From a virus, in the IMG/VR virus record IMGVR_UViG_3300017971_000228, positions 34,107 to 98,106 of that record: a DNA stretch of 64,000 nucleotides; one strand, written 5' to 3'. Of this stretch, positions 20,454-30,499 are shown in pieces. The translations under genes were made by a program, and so were the position numbers. Below the pieces are notes generated by a model that was not told the origin of the DNA, did no database searches, and saw only the letters and a list, made by a program, of their open reading frames with translations. The stretch's first letter is position 1, and every line of letters begins with the position of its first letter.

Positions 20454-20503
20454 TTGCATCTAGGGGATGGGTACTATGGAGATGACGCATGCAGATGAAT
20501 ACC

Positions 20504-22030
20504 CTACATAGCACCCGCAAGCCAGAGACCGGTAACTTCGTCGTCTTCGATGAGGATGGCGCGTAGGACGCTGGTGAGGTTGGCGCGGAGGGCCTGCCGT
20601 TCCTGGGGGGTGAGATTATCATTCGCCAGCAGGCTGATGTGTTGGGGCAGTTCGTGGATGAGCAGATCGCGCAGCTCGTCACGTTCTCGGACTCGCTGCC
20701 GTTCTGCGTCAATCCTGGCAAGTTCCTGAGTGTTCTTGTCCAAGCGGGCCTTGAGGGCCCTGGCCCGTTCGGTGAAATCGGGAAGGGTGATGACACCGGA
20801 TTCATAGGCTTCCCAGACACGACGCTGGCGCAGTTGGGTGTCATCCCGGTCAGCCAGTAATCGCCGTTCTTCCATCTCCCAGCCCTGGTCATCGGGGGCT
20901 TCCATCTGCCCCAAGAGTTCATCCAGTATGCGGGGGTTTCGGGCCAGCCTGATGAAGTAGTCCACCACCTTCTGGTGAATGACGTGGGTTCGCATGGAAT
21001 GGATACGCCAGTCTCGGGTAACGCTTCGACACCGATAGTACCGTCCGCCCCATTCTCGCTGATTGCCGGTGAAGAACCTATCATGGTGGACGCAGTAGAG
21101 TAGTTGGCTAAGTAAGAACGGTGCATTGCGGGAACGGGGGTGGTCCCCATCACGGCGACGCTGTTCGGCCTGTACTCTGTCCCACATGGATGGATCATAC
21201 AGTCCCTCAAAGGTGGCTTCGGCCAGTATGCAGTCTTCCCAGGGGAAGACGACGGCCGTCCGTTTTCCATTCCGCCTGATGTAGCGCCGCCGGCCGTAGG
21301 CTACCATCCCATAGTAGGCGGGCTGGTTCAGGATCCGATTGATGAGATCCTTGCCCCACTTTCCGCCTCGGGACGTGGCCAGACCGAGGCTGTTAGCTTC
21401 TTCGATGATCCACTTCTTGGTGACGCCACGAAGGAAGCTGTCTATCACGAAGCGGACGGTACGTTCGGCCTCGGGATCGACGAATTGGACGCGGGGCTTG
21501 CCCGAACCGTCCGACACGTAGGCGAACCCGAAGGGCAATCGAGATGGGGGAGAGCCGCGGCGCACCCTGGCCTTCATGCCCATCTCCCGACGCTGCTTGA
21601 GACGCAGGACTTCAGCCTCGGAGTAGCCAGACTCAATAGCCTCTCCCCAGACGTCCGCCTCCGTCCGTTCGTCGGTATTCGAGGGGGGCATGGTACGGGA
21701 GTATACCCTGACACCGTGATCCTGCAAATAGTCGGCGACGGCCCGATTGAGGCGGCGAGTACGGGCCAGTCTATCGCGGGACTTGACGATGATCCACTGG
21801 ATGTTGCCTGACGTGGCATGTTCCTGCAACGTGCGGTAGGCGGCGAGGTTCTTGACAGCATCGGCCATGCGATGATAGGATCGGGATTCGCCGGGGACGG
21901 TGATGTCCGCCACCAGTTCCCAGTCCAACGCTTCAGCCAGCGCATGGTTCAACCGATGCTGGTCATTGAGGGATTCCTTCTCAGCCTGGGGTTTGGAGGA
22001 TACGGCAGCCCAGGAGATGGCTCGGGTCAT
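20504..22030 (-). CDS. Large serine recombinase (integrase)
   Basis: Resolvase N-domain (AVSS..Q, SL.DQ, SRDRLAR), recombinase domain (PFGF, IL.QPAY.G), Zn-ribbon-like LYC...YYRC, coiled coil. Confidence 0.92.
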   Translation of the reverse strand: MTRAISWAAVSSKPQAEKESLNDQHRLNHALAEALDWELVADITVPGESRSYHRMADAVKNLAAYRTLQEHATSGNIQWIIVKSRDRLARTRRLNRAVADYLQDHGVRVYSRTMPPSNTDERTEADVWGEAIESGYSEAEVLRLKQRREMGMKARVRRGSPPSRLPFGFAYVSDGSGKPRVQFVDPEAERTVRFVIDSFLRGVTKKWIIEEANSLGLATSRGGKWGKDLINRILNQPAYYGMVAYGRRRYIRRNGKRTAVVFPWEDCILAEATFEGLYDPSMWDRVQAEQRRRDGDHPRSRNAPFLLSQLLYCVHHDRFFTGNQREWGGRYYRCRSVTRDWRIHSMRTHVIHQKVVDYFIRLARNPRILDELLGQMEAPDDQGWEMEERRLLADRDDTQLRQRRVWEAYESGVITLPDFTERARALKARLDKNTQELARIDAERQRVRERDELRDLLIHELPQHISLLANDNLTPQERQALRANLTSVLRAILIEDDEVTGLWLAGAM

Positions 22031-22500
22031 GTTTCCGATTCTGGCAGGGCTTCTCGTATGTTGATGCCGTATAGCAGCATGGCCAAGCCCACAAAGGCCG
22101 CGCCGTAGGTAATGGTGCGTTCAATTCCCCAGGCGATCTGCAAGTAGACTACACTACAGAGCATGACTGCCACGCCGATGCCGCCCACGATCCTGCCGGT
22201 CAGCGAGACGGGGCCCTTCGGCTTGTTACGCTGAGTAGAGAACGTGGGGGTGACTTCGCTCTGACAGTAGGGGCACTTGGTGGCTGCGGGGTCCACGGTC
22301 TTCTTGCAGTAGGGACAGGGGTTGCCAGCTTCACCGACACAAAGTGCTATGATGAGGGCCAGGGGGCCCAGCAGGGCGCCGACGATGAACCACGCCAGGG
22401 CGCTACGTCGTTTGTTGCCGGCGACTATGGAGCACACAAAAGCGGAACCTAGCCAGATCAGCAGCCATGCCATCGCCCATCTCCCTTCAGCGATTATCAT
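22027..22500 (-). CDS. Membrane protein with double zinc ribbon (lysogenic accessory)
   Basis: TM helices, KRRS..AWF..G..LGP motif, CPYC...CPYC. Confidence 0.7.
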   Translation of the reverse strand: MIIAEGRWAMAWLLIWLGSAFVCSIVAGNKRRSALAWFIVGALLGPLALIIALCVGEAGNPCPYCKKTVDPAATKCPYCQSEVTPTFSTQRNKPKGPVSLTGRIVGGIGVAVMLCSVVYLQIAWGIERTITYGAAFVGLAMLLYGINIREALPESET

Positions 22501-22650
22501 TCCAGCCGTCGGATATTTCCTAGCTGATCAATCTCGAACCAGATGCGTATGGGAACATTTAGCCAGTGTGCAAGGAAGAGTTGGGAGGGTGGTGTCAAAC
22601 GCTTCACAAACCAACCGAAGAGGTATTCGTTGATGCCGTTGGGGAGGTGC

Positions 22651-22860
22651 CTACTCGGCCTTGCAGGTACGCCCATCACAATACGCAGTACAGGCTTCGT
22701 GGCATCCAGGTGGGCCACAACATGAAGAACACTGCACCATGATTCTCCCGAGAAGTTGCTGCTGGCACGGTCTCAGCGACCGGATAATCTTCACAAATAA
22801 GTCCTCTAACTCATCATGCGGGAATGCGTGTGGGTGAGTGCGGGTGTCTGGTCGCGGCAT
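22651..22860 (-). CDS. Small Cys-rich protein downstream of the repressor
   Basis: 69 aa with 8 Cys, most in the C-terminal half; AGGA SD; co-oriented with cI. Confidence 0.4.
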   Translation of the reverse strand: MPRPDTRTHPHAFPHDELEDLFVKIIRSLRPCQQQLLGRIMVQCSSCCGPPGCHEACTAYCDGRTCKAE

Positions 22861-22934
22861 TGGGTAGACATCCTATTGAGTTCTGTGCTGACTTTGGACG
22901 CCAGCGTAATGTGTCGGAGGTCGCTATCGTGGCC

Positions 22935-23357
22935 TCACTCCTCTAGGTCTTGACCCTGTGTGGTCGGTGGCCCTTCGTCATCTCCGATGATGCGTGGGTG
23001 TCGGGTACGCTGCTGGTGCTGCTGCAGGAATTGCACCATGTTCAGGATCGTGCGTTGTTCATCTTCTGGGAACTTACGAAAGTCATCCAGCAATTGCCAT
23101 TCGAGTTCGGTTCGGGGGGTGGAGGTTTGGTCGGCAAGCCAGTGCTGATCACTGAGACCGAGGAGATAGTCGGTAGTAGTATTCAGAGCTTCTGCAATCT
23201 TGCCCAGAGTTATTGCTGAAGCATTGGGCCGTTCGCCACTGAGCATGCGATAGATATGACCAACGCTTACACCCGAGCGATAGGACACCTGCCCCGGTGT
23301 AAAGTCCAGTGCCTCCATGCGTTCTCTGATTCTGTCGGTACGGATTCGTTCTGCCAT
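22935..23357 (-). CDS. CI-like XRE repressor (leaderless)
   Basis: HTH_3 signature SGVS...IYRM.SGER.N......IAEALNTTTDYLLG. Confidence 0.88.
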   Translation of the reverse strand: MAERIRTDRIRERMEALDFTPGQVSYRSGVSVGHIYRMLSGERPNASAITLGKIAEALNTTTDYLLGLSDQHWLADQTSTPRTELEWQLLDDFRKFPEDEQRTILNMVQFLQQHQQRTRHPRIIGDDEGPPTTQGQDLEE

Positions 23358-23363
23358 GCGCCT

Positions 23364-23372
23364 ATTATAGCA
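23364..23372 (-). promoter_or_regulatory. Extended -10 promoter (TGcTATAAT) for a leaderless repressor mRNA
   Basis: TATAAT ends 6 nt before the cI ATG; no SD or consensus -35. Confidence 0.75.
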
Positions 23373-23421
23373 TATTCCGAAGGCAATTTGACCGTTTGGC
23401 GAAAGTCGTGGCAAATTGGAT

Positions 23422-23450
23422 TTGACAAGTGGCCAAAAGTATGCTATAAT
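23422..23450 (+). promoter_or_regulatory. Consensus sigma70 early lytic promoter
   Basis: TTGACA-17 bp-TATAAT with a TG extension. Confidence 0.9.
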
Positions 23451-23482
23451 AGTAGCCAGGTGACAACAACGGAGGGAGGATA

Positions 23483-23719
23483 GTGAACAAGCTATTGGAG
23501 GCACTGGAGCAGAAGCGCGGAGATACGTCGATAGTGGAGTTTGCTGAAGGACTCGGTATGCACTTCAGTTCATACTACCGACTTCTCAGGGGTGAGCGCG
23601 GGATAGGTGCGGATCTGGAACGACGGATCATGCGCCGGTATCCCGAACTCACCCTTGTTTTTTTGCAGCAATTTTCGCCAAGTGAGCACCAAGAAGTGCC
23701 AACTGAGCACCAGGAATAG
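23483..23719 (+). CDS. Cro-like HTH protein
   Basis: EFAEGLGMHFSSYYRLLRGER; divergent from cI. Confidence 0.8.
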   Translation: MNKLLEALEQKRGDTSIVEFAEGLGMHFSSYYRLLRGERGIGADLERRIMRRYPELTLVFLQQFSPSEHQEVPTEHQE

Positions 23720-23823
23720 CGTCTAGCAGGCCGTAGGATCAATTCTAAGCATCGGTGGGCGTGTTTCAGGGCGATTAGGACTTCCGATACCTCAAACAGC
23801 TAGAGAGCGTCTAGGGGGCTTAG

Positions 23824-24231
23824 ATGGTTACGATGACAGAAAAGATCAGCCAAGAGTTCGCAGGTAGGACACGGCAAGACGGCCCCGAGTTCCGCCCCAC
23901 GTTCTCCAGGACCAACGGAAGTCTGATCTTCCAGTCACCCCGACGCGGCATCCTCAAGGGGTGGCTCGGGTGGGTGAAGATCCACCTGCCCATGTTCGCT
24001 TACGATCTGGAACGCCAATGGTGGGAAGCACCCCTGGGCGAAACGTCCTACGCCAAGGCAGTCTGGGCGGCGCATCGCCTACACGGCAAGGTGAATTGGA
24101 GTGAGGGGATTCGGGAGTGGGCTGAGTCTCAGGGGCTAGAGACAGACGAATGGCGGGTCACCAAGCAGGAACGAGATGATGCGCTTCCCGCTTATGTGGA
24201 TCGACCAAGCCGAATGAGTATGTTCAAATGA
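23824..24231 (+). CDS. Hypothetical early protein
   Basis: ORF with coding-like composition. Confidence 0.5.
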   Translation: MVTMTEKISQEFAGRTRQDGPEFRPTFSRTNGSLIFQSPRRGILKGWLGWVKIHLPMFAYDLERQWWEAPLGETSYAKAVWAAHRLHGKVNWSEGIREWAESQGLETDEWRVTKQERDDALPAYVDRPSRMSMFK

Positions 24232-25103
24232 CGATCCGAAGATACCCCGATCCCGAACGATATCCCTACAACTGTACTCTCTGTAAGTTCTACGTGCCGA
24301 CAGGCAAGCGGATGTGGGCCTGTGGGCATCTGAGGGGCTACGCGGGGTGCAAGGGGCAGAATGAATGGATAGCAAAGTCGGTCGAAGAGCGTCGTACCAC
24401 CAAGGCGCCCAGATTTGCGAAGGAGGAATGATGGCAGATCCGATGGCGATAGCGTGGGGCATCTTTGCGGTAGTAGCGATCGTGCTGGCCTTTGCGCCAA
24501 GGAAGACCCAGTGATCCCCGAAGACGCGATTATCATTCGATACGGAGAAGTCCCCAGCATGAAGGCATCCCAGCGGTTTGCCAGCATGCTGAAGGGGATC
24601 ATCGAGATAGGGAGGCAACATGAACGCATACATGCCATTGTTCCTGCTGGTGCTGGCCGTGCCGCTGGCGATGCTGATGGACTTGGCGCAGCGGATACTC
24701 GGGTGAGGGAGGCCGCGTGAAGTTCTACCCCGATGCTGACTACTACTGTGGGGCTTGCGAAGCGGTCCGGTCCGGATGGGAGGACCCCCGACTGTGGGAC
24801 ATGCGATCCTACGGCGGGGGGCTGTATGTCATGGCCAACTGCCCGCACTGTCATAGTTCTAGGCTGATTGTAGAGCTGGAACGCAGACAGATGCTGGCCA
24901 GGAGTTTGGAAGGAGACCCCGATGAAAGTCATCGCCATCAACGCCTACACGCAGGACTATCCCCGAATCATCTTTTGTCGTCCGCATAGAAATCGCTGCT
25001 ACGTTCTTACCCAGAAGCGGGCGCAGACGCTGATCCCGATTATCAATGACAGTGGCTCACGCCGCATTCATCATGATGGGTGGGCGTGGGTAAGGGGGGC
25101 GTG

Positions 25104-25469
25104 ATGGATATTGTGAACGAATATCTACAGGAAACTCGGAAGAGCATGGAGGGCTTGCCCCGCGGGCTTCGGGAGATGCTGGATATTAGGCCCAAGATCA
25201 TCTGTGCTGATGGGTTTACCGTGTCAGTGCAAGCAAGCCTAACGCACTACTGTAGCCCTAGAGACAACTATGGGCCCTACAGTGAAGTAGAGCTGGGGTT
25301 CCCGTCGCAGGAAGAACCCGACATCATGGATTGGGCTGAAGATCCCGATGCTCCTACAGGCACAGTCTACGGGTATGTTCCCGTGACTGTAGTCGCAGCA
25401 GTCATTGACAAGCATGGTGGGATTGATCGCAATGCGACGCTGCGTGGTGGTGCGAAGGGGGGCACGTGA
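25104..25469 (+). CDS. Conserved phage hypothetical protein
   Basis: CADGF..SVQAS..HYCSPR...VELGFPS...VYGYVPV family motif. Confidence 0.65.
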   Translation: MDIVNEYLQETRKSMEGLPRGLREMLDIRPKIICADGFTVSVQASLTHYCSPRDNYGPYSEVELGFPSQEEPDIMDWAEDPDAPTGTVYGYVPVTVVAAVIDKHGGIDRNATLRGGAKGGT

Positions 25470-25571
25470 GATGTTCCGCTACTGTGAGCACTGCAAGGCA
25501 ATGACCGTCCACCACCAGAAGCATGGTGAATGGGTATGTGGGAAGTGCGGTGAGAAGTACGGAAGGAGTGA

Positions 25572-26306
25572 ATGATGAACCAGGAACAGCTAGAACGCCT
25601 GAAGTCTCCGTTCCCAGCTGAGGAAGTCCAGTGGCGGGCAGGTGCCACCAACAAGGATGATACCAAGGCTCTGGCCCTGGCCTACATTGACGCTCGTGCG
25701 GTAATGGAGCGACTGGATGAAGTAGTAGGGCCCATGAACTGGACCGACACCTATGATGAGTGGAAGGGTGGTGCAGTCAAGGCTGGCATCGGCATCCGCA
25801 ATGAAGAGGGCTGGGTGTGGAAGTACGACGGGGCGGATGATTCGGACTTTGAAGCTACGAAGGGTGGGTTCTCTGATGCCTTCAAGCGTGCGGCCGTCAA
25901 GTGGGGCATCGGACGCTATCTCTACCAGCTTCCAGCAGTTTGGGTTCCGTGCCAGAAGTACGGCAAGACCGTCAGATTATCAACCACACCAGCACTGCCC
26001 AAGTGGGCCCTGCCCGACGGCGATACTTCATCCCCAAGATCCGAACCACAACCAGAACCTACCGAGGAACCAACAGCTGAAGAACCCACGACTGGGAAAC
26101 CAAAGCCCTGGGTGGTCAACAATAGTACCCGTGGGCGCTTCTGGGGATGGGCCAAGAAGGCTGGCTTGTCCCACGATGACGTTCACACCGCCCTTGGCAT
26201 AGACAGCCTCATGGACTGCGATCTGGACTATGGCGAGGCCCAGAAGGAAGCCCTACGCTGGCGGGACCAGCAGAAGCAAGCGGAACCCGAAGCTCTACCA
26301 CTCTAA
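25572..26306 (+). CDS. Rad52/Sak-like single-strand annealing protein
   Basis: LAYIDARAVMERLDEV, KGGFSDAFKRAAVKWGIGRYLY. Confidence 0.9.
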   Translation: MMNQEQLERLKSPFPAEEVQWRAGATNKDDTKALALAYIDARAVMERLDEVVGPMNWTDTYDEWKGGAVKAGIGIRNEEGWVWKYDGADDSDFEATKGGFSDAFKRAAVKWGIGRYLYQLPAVWVPCQKYGKTVRLSTTPALPKWALPDGDTSSPRSEPQPEPTEEPTAEEPTTGKPKPWVVNNSTRGRFWGWAKKAGLSHDDVHTALGIDSLMDCDLDYGEAQKEALRWRDQQKQAEPEALPL

Positions 26307-27379
26307 GTTCTGTGGGAGGATGCCATGAAGCATTTCGTTGATGGGAACATGCTCTGCATAGTCAAGGATGACTTCGAGAATCTTCAGGAAAGCAATGCGG
26401 TGTTCCTGCCCCTCAAGTCAGAATCTGCCCAGACAATCATCAATCGTGGTTTCAAGGCTCTGCCCATTGGGGATCTGATGGGTATTTACATGGAACTACA
26501 AGGCGCTACGCCAGTAAGATTGAAGTAGTCGTGAATGCCGGCACGGAGGCTTAATGATGCTCGCTCTCTCTAGGGAAACACCGTCCGGCCCGTCTAGCCG
26601 GATACCGTGCAACGGAGAGGGGATCGCTGCTAGGGATCAGTCCGACGATCCACGTTAGGCTAGGTGGGGATAGGCCACCCCTATCCCCACCGCAATCAGA
26701 GGCAAGGGGGTAGGGGAAGTTGAGGCCCCTGCCCCCACAATCAAAGGAGGCCAACATCATGATCGACCTCCATACTGAACAGAGACGATACACTCAAAGC
26801 AGTCTGTGGGACGGGTTGACGGAACGAGGCAACCTCACCCACACAGCCATCCGACACATCGAGAACGCCCAATCGGAGTTATGGGGCGCCTGCGAAGTCT
26901 TCCTCGAACGACGCAAGGTTACCGAAGCCCGACACGCATTATCAATCCAGTTAGCAACCCTAGAAGCCAGAGAAGCGAAGCTGGTGACCAGGGGCGAGAA
27001 CCTACTGCGACGATGCATGCTGGTGATGGGGGATCTGAGGCACATGCGACGAGTATGTTCTTCAGCGGAGTACCAGCAACGCGCAGACGACTGGCGCGAC
27101 GGCCATCTTTACCAGGCATGTCCAAGCAACTAGAGGAGGTGATCCGACTCTCTCTCCCCGGTGACACCCGCTTCCCACTTCTAGGCCCCATCTGGGAAGT
27201 ACAGGATGACGGGGAGTACGTCCAAGTCGAGGGGGCCCGATGGCATAGAGAGGGGGACAGGATCATAGCAGACTACACACGTGAAGAACTTGAGTTGCTG
27301 TACGGGATGCTGGAGTACTCAGAGAACGGTGACACGAACGGGAACGGTTGGTGGTGGCTAGAGTAGAACGGAGGAATGA

Positions 27380-28303
27380 ATGAAGATCGCACTTAACAAT
27401 ATCAAGCCATCGCCTCACCCAATACGCACATCATGGGATGAGGACAAGCTGAATGAGCTGGCACAGTCCATCAGGGAGCAGGGGCTGATCGTGCCGGTGA
27501 AGGTGAGACCAGTGAACGGGTCGTATGAGCTGGTGTACGGCCATAGACGGACAGAGGCAGCACGTCGGGCAGGGCTAGCGGAGCTTGAGTGTGTGGTGGA
27601 GGGATTGGATGATACCGATACGCTCATTCAGGCATTGATTGAGAATGTGCAGCGAGAAGATCTGTCAGCAGTAGAGAAAGCCAAGGGTCTGCATAGACTC
27701 ATAGAGCAGACGGGATGGAGTCGCAATGAAGTGGCTAGGCGTGGGATCATGGACCTCAGCTTTGTCTCTCGATTGCTGTCTTTGCTGGAAGAGCCGGCAC
27801 CGATATTGGCTAAGCTATCACCCATTGTCCAGGGCAATGACTTTCACATCACGGAAAAGCATATCAGGCAACCACGGGAGGTTGGCCTTTCCCCAAATGA
27901 GCGCATCAGCGTGATTGATAAGGCTGAGCGAGAAGAACTCACATCGACTGAGACCCGTCAAGTCGCAGAGTCGTATTCTGCTGCCGAGGATGACGCTGAG
28001 CGCGAAGCCATCCTCAGCACTGACTACCACGATCCCGCCTTCCAGCAACTGGTAAGGGCTAAGGCTACGGTCAAGCGCCGCCAACAACGAAAGGAGCAGA
28101 AAGAACGACAAGACAACCCACGCGAGGTCAAGGAGTACATCGAAGCGGTTCAGACGTTTAGTGCCGCTGTCCAGCTAGCTATCAAGGTCGCTGACTTCGG
28201 CAAGTTCTCACCAGAGGCAGGCCAGTTCCTGAAGGGCTGGCACAACAGTGTCCGCAATGGACTAGACAGACTAGAACAGGTATGGGAGGAAAAGAATGCC
28301 TAA
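27380..28303 (+). CDS. ParB/Spo0J-like protein
   Basis: ELAQSIREQGLIVP..VR...YELVYGHRR..A, ALIENVQREDL. Confidence 0.9.
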   Translation: MKIALNNIKPSPHPIRTSWDEDKLNELAQSIREQGLIVPVKVRPVNGSYELVYGHRRTEAARRAGLAELECVVEGLDDTDTLIQALIENVQREDLSAVEKAKGLHRLIEQTGWSRNEVARRGIMDLSFVSRLLSLLEEPAPILAKLSPIVQGNDFHITEKHIRQPREVGLSPNERISVIDKAEREELTSTETRQVAESYSAAEDDAEREAILSTDYHDPAFQQLVRAKATVKRRQQRKEQKERQDNPREVKEYIEAVQTFSAAVQLAIKVADFGKFSPEAGQFLKGWHNSVRNGLDRLEQVWEEKNA

Positions 28304-28799
28304 GTTCAAGAGTGAAGAGTCACGGCAGGCGTTCTGCGAGCAGTATGCCGCCGTCAAGGAATGGAGAACCGATGTGGTGTGTGACCTGATTCGCAAGGTC
28401 ATGCCCACGGGAAGCGAGAAGGCGATTCCCAAGAATGGGGTGGCCAGGGTCGCCGTTGACTACTATGAGAAGCATGCTGACGAGATCCGAGATGGTGACG
28501 CCATGTTTGATGCGCACAAGGACTCGTTCATCTGCATACGGTACATCCTCAATCACTGGTCTGACGTGACAGGGCGGCTGTCCGACATGGGGGTCACGGT
28601 CTGCTACTGCCATAAGGGGCAGTTCATCTCCGGCAAAAGGGCAGACATCGAAGCTGTGTTTACCCACAGGGACACCATCATTCGCAAGACAACTGAGAGG
28701 CGCAACTTGCTGGCTGAGAACGCCAACCGCAAGCGGTATATCGCTCTTCCGATGCTGACCCTAGACCTCTATCTGCCAGCGGTCTCTGTAGCTGCATAG
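28296..28799 (+). CDS. Hypothetical protein
   Basis: Coupled to the ParB gene; GGAGG SD. Confidence 0.55.
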   Translation: MPKFKSEESRQAFCEQYAAVKEWRTDVVCDLIRKVMPTGSEKAIPKNGVARVAVDYYEKHADEIRDGDAMFDAHKDSFICIRYILNHWSDVTGRLSDMGVTVCYCHKGQFISGKRADIEAVFTHRDTIIRKTTERRNLLAENANRKRYIALPMLTLDLYLPAVSVAA

Positions 28800-28885
28800 A
28801 TCATTGGGAACAGGAAACCTATACACATTATCAAAGCCTGGGGGCTGCCCCAGGTTGGACTCATACATAGAACGAGGGACACGTC

Positions 28886-29827
28886 ATGGAAGACGCAGCC
28901 AGAATCAAGGAAGCGGTGGATTGTCGGGATTGGGTAGCAGCGACGTTAGGCGAACCAGAGTACAAGAACGGTGATCACTGGAAGTGGACATGTCCGTTTC
29001 ATGGCGATACCGATCCGTCCCTTGCGGTGTACCAAAATGGATTCTACTGCTTCGGGTGTGATGCCAAGGGTGACGTGATTGACTGGGTGATGGAGTTCCA
29101 GAACCTGGACTTCAAGGCGGCAACGCAGGTGATAGAGTCCGGCATACTGACTTCGGGATCATACCGCGCCCAGGCCCAAGTCCACCAACGTATTGCCAAG
29201 GCCAAGAAGCAGCGAATCCGAGTGCTGGCAGCGGAAGTCAAGTGGCATGAAGAGTACGCTGATGCCCTACTGAAGCACGCTGAAGCGTTGGAGTACCTAG
29301 AACAGCGGGGCGTGGACTACACGATGGCGGAACACTTCGGGCTAGGCTATCGAGAATCGCCCTGGGGCCCAGCGATAAGCATACCCTGGAAGGTGGGCGG
29401 TGAGTTACGGGGCATCCAGTACCGAATGATCCACGGGGACGGCCACATGCGCTATCGGTGGGAGAACCGCATGGAATCCAACCCGACGATTTTCAATGCC
29501 GACACCATCCATTCGGGTAGCAAGCCACTGTGGATCACGGAAGGCGCCCTCAAGAGTGTCATTCTCGTGAAGCATGGCCTGGACTCATGTGCGATTATCA
29601 ATAAGCAGGGCTGGAAGGCGGGCTGGGCCCCGCACTTCCACCAGCGCCAAGTCTATGTGGCCCTAGATCCCGATGCCCGAGATGAAGCGCAGAAGATCGC
29701 GTCCGACATAGGATCCAACGCGAAGGTGGTACAGCTGCCAAGGAAGCCGGATGACTTGTTGGTGGAAGATGGGTGGAAGGTAGAGAACTTGTTGGCGTGG
29801 GCGAGGAGTGGGAGGGTCGCTGAGTAG
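28886..29827 (+). CDS. DNA primase (CHC2 zinc finger plus TOPRIM)
   Basis: CPFHGD..PS...FYCFGC..GDVID; ITEG; ALDPD. Confidence 0.9.
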   Translation: MEDAARIKEAVDCRDWVAATLGEPEYKNGDHWKWTCPFHGDTDPSLAVYQNGFYCFGCDAKGDVIDWVMEFQNLDFKAATQVIESGILTSGSYRAQAQVHQRIAKAKKQRIRVLAAEVKWHEEYADALLKHAEALEYLEQRGVDYTMAEHFGLGYRESPWGPAISIPWKVGGELRGIQYRMIHGDGHMRYRWENRMESNPTIFNADTIHSGSKPLWITEGALKSVILVKHGLDSCAIINKQGWKAGWAPHFHQRQVYVALDPDARDEAQKIASDIGSNAKVVQLPRKPDDLLVEDGWKVENLLAWARSGRVAE

Positions 29828-30499
29828 ATGGCATATATCCAGAGCAAGCGGCACTTCATCAACTATCTGAACAAGGCGCTGCGAAACTCTGATGAAGTCA
29901 TTGATGAGACACAGTTGCTTCCAGGAGCATTCTATCTTGAGCAAGTCTATGATCGGGGACTAGCTGACGAGTATACGTGGGCACTCAAATGTGATGGAAT
30001 TGGACTACTTCAGGAAGACAAGCTTTGGGCATGGCTAAGTGAACCACCAAAGCGACCTTTGTTCCAGGCGGGGCATGTGTTTAGGCATCGTGTTAGTGAG
30101 GAATTCGAAGCAAGAGTCTGGAAGCTCCAAGACACCAGCGGCGTGTATGGATTCTGGCGCGACGATGAAACTCCACTCTATGTTGGACGGAGTGTTAGGA
30201 ATCTTGGGTCTCGAATGGGACAGAGTTTCGAAGAACGATTCACAAACTATGATCGCCCTGTCTACCTCAGATATATAGAGACACCAAATGGGTCTGATGC
30301 CTGTATCCTTGAGATGTATTTCATCAGCAAGCTGAAGCCACTGCTTAACCGTAGGGGAAACTATGATGACGCAGGATGTAGTTTTGTCATAGGCGATATC
30401 CCTGAATGGTCAGAGCGCGTGTTGTGCAGCAAGGTAATCCGAGATGGTGAGAATGGCGACCAAGAGACTGGGCAAGAAGCTATACCAGACGACGCCTGA
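29828..30499 (+). CDS. GIY-YIG nuclease domain protein
   Basis: SGVY...LYVGRS..L..R...LE.YFI..LKP.LN. Confidence 0.8.
   Translation: MAYIQSKRHFINYLNKALRNSDEVIDETQLLPGAFYLEQVYDRGLADEYTWALKCDGIGLLQEDKLWAWLSEPPKRPLFQAGHVFRHRVSEEFEARVWKLQDTSGVYGFWRDDETPLYVGRSVRNLGSRMGQSFEERFTNYDRPVYLRYIETPNGSDACILEMYFISKLKPLLNRRGNYDDAGCSFVIGDIPEWSERVLCSKVIRDGENGDQETGQEAIPDDA

Noticed and set aside
20398-21811. Long alternative-frame ORFs over the integrase
   Set aside because: Shadow ORFs expected in GC-rich coding DNA.
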